A stretch of DNA of 64,000 nucleotides from Mobula birostris (Eukaryota), in contig NC_092399.1 of the NCBI RefSeq assembly GCF_030028105.1, forward strand, positions 7,254,001 through 7,318,000. Direction: 5' to 3'. Shown here one piece after another: positions 63,164-64,000 of the stretch. Every line of letters begins with the position of its first letter. Position 1 is the stretch's first letter. The notes below the pieces were generated by a model. The model ran no database searches. It was given only the letters and a program-made list of their open reading frames with translations, and had not been told where the DNA came from. Made by a program: the position numbers and the translations under genes.

Positions 63164-63241
63164 CTTGTAGATACATTCTTCAGTTTCCTGAGGCGTAAAA
63201 CTGACTTCTTCACTGGTGGAGAGCAAGGAGCAGCTGAAAAA
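63164..63241 (+). CDS. NUDC: NUDC exon 2
   Basis: ttcttccag| [26 protein letters not shown] |gtgagt. 78 nt. Confidence 0.96.
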
Positions 63242-63354
63242 GTGAGTATAAAGGTTCTTCTACAGTCAGTGGGAGATCATGCTATGCCTCCATTTCTTTC
63301 AATGCTGTTTTCATAGTACAAAGGTTCCAACCCTCTGTACAAACTGGGGGACTA

Positions 63355-63559
63355 AACACAAAATAATCTGCAGATGCTGGGTCAAAGCAACACTCACAAC
63401 ACGCTGGAAGAGCTCAGCAGGTTGGGCAGCATACGTGGAAATGATCAGTCAATGTTTCGGGCCGGAACCCTTTGTCAGGATTCAACGTTCCGGCCCGAAA
63501 CGTTGATTGATCGTTTCCACGGATGCTGTCTGACCTGCTGAGTTCCTCCAGCGTGTTGT
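63355..63559. repeat. Inverted pair of Penelope-type UTR/hammerhead fragments in NUDC intron 2
   Basis: About 63397-63468 is the reverse complement of about 63487-63559, with several mismatches. Confidence 0.85.
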
Positions 63560-63704
63560 CAGTGAAACTAAGGGACTGCTGCACTGATATGGGGAAGTCT
63601 CTTTGCATCCTTCCCCCACCCGCAAAGGCCCCATTTGCTCGTGGTGTCTCCCCAGTAGTCTATTGGTGTAATTTTTTTTGTAAACAGACTCCTGTTTTCC
63701 ACAG

Positions 63705-63914
63705 TTGGTCACAGAGACATTCAAGCGCCACCAGAAGTTAGCCGTACAGGCCCAGATGGAGAAAGAGGTGAAGCGGGAAGCCGAGAAAAAGGAGAAAGTG
63801 GAGCGAGCCCTCCTTACAGAGGCCAAGGAGAAATCAGCGACTGAAGCAAAGCAGCCGAAGATCAAGGAGCTAACGGACGAGGAGGCGAACCAACTGCAGA
63901 AGGAGATCGATCAG
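63705..63914 (+). CDS. NUDC: NUDC exon 3 (gene continues beyond the window)
   Basis: ttccacag| LVTETFKRHQKLA-PKIKELTDEEANQLQKEIDQ |gtgagc. 210 nt. Confidence 0.95.
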
Positions 63915-64000
63915 GTGAGCAGATCACTGAGGCCAGTCACTGGAGTTAGCTCAGCAAATGGTTAAGAATAAAGAACCGGAGAGATGGGGAAAATGGTTAC

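Overview
Vertebrate genomic DNA, most likely a cartilaginous fish (ray or shark), inferred from the repeat families and protein divergence. It carries the conserved block GPN2(-), GPATCH3(-), NR0B2/SHP(-), NUDC(+). I resolved by hand 4 coding exons of GPN2 (last exon outside the window), all 7 of GPATCH3 (488 aa), both of NR0B2 (255 aa) and the first 3 of NUDC, all with consistent splice phases. Most of the rest is transposon-derived: an intact CR1 ORF2, a near full-length Nimb/I-clade LINE with RNase H nested in a probable solo LTR, Rex/Babar, RTE, Tc1, V-SINEs and many Penelope-like pieces. Most notable observations: (1) a 178-bp CpG-rich fragment of the CYHR1/ZFTRAF1 5' coding region, circularly permuted with a base-perfect reclosure, inserted into an RTE remnant, as expected from reintegration of a small circular DNA; (2) Penelope-associated minimal hammerhead ribozyme motifs, one intact, often in inverted-repeat arrangements; (3) a U12-type donor and a tight uORF in GPN2; (4) TATA and NR5A sites in the SHP promoter and an RFX X-box at NUDC. 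Gene and repeat identities come from recalled sequences, not database searches. Repeat boundaries are approximate.
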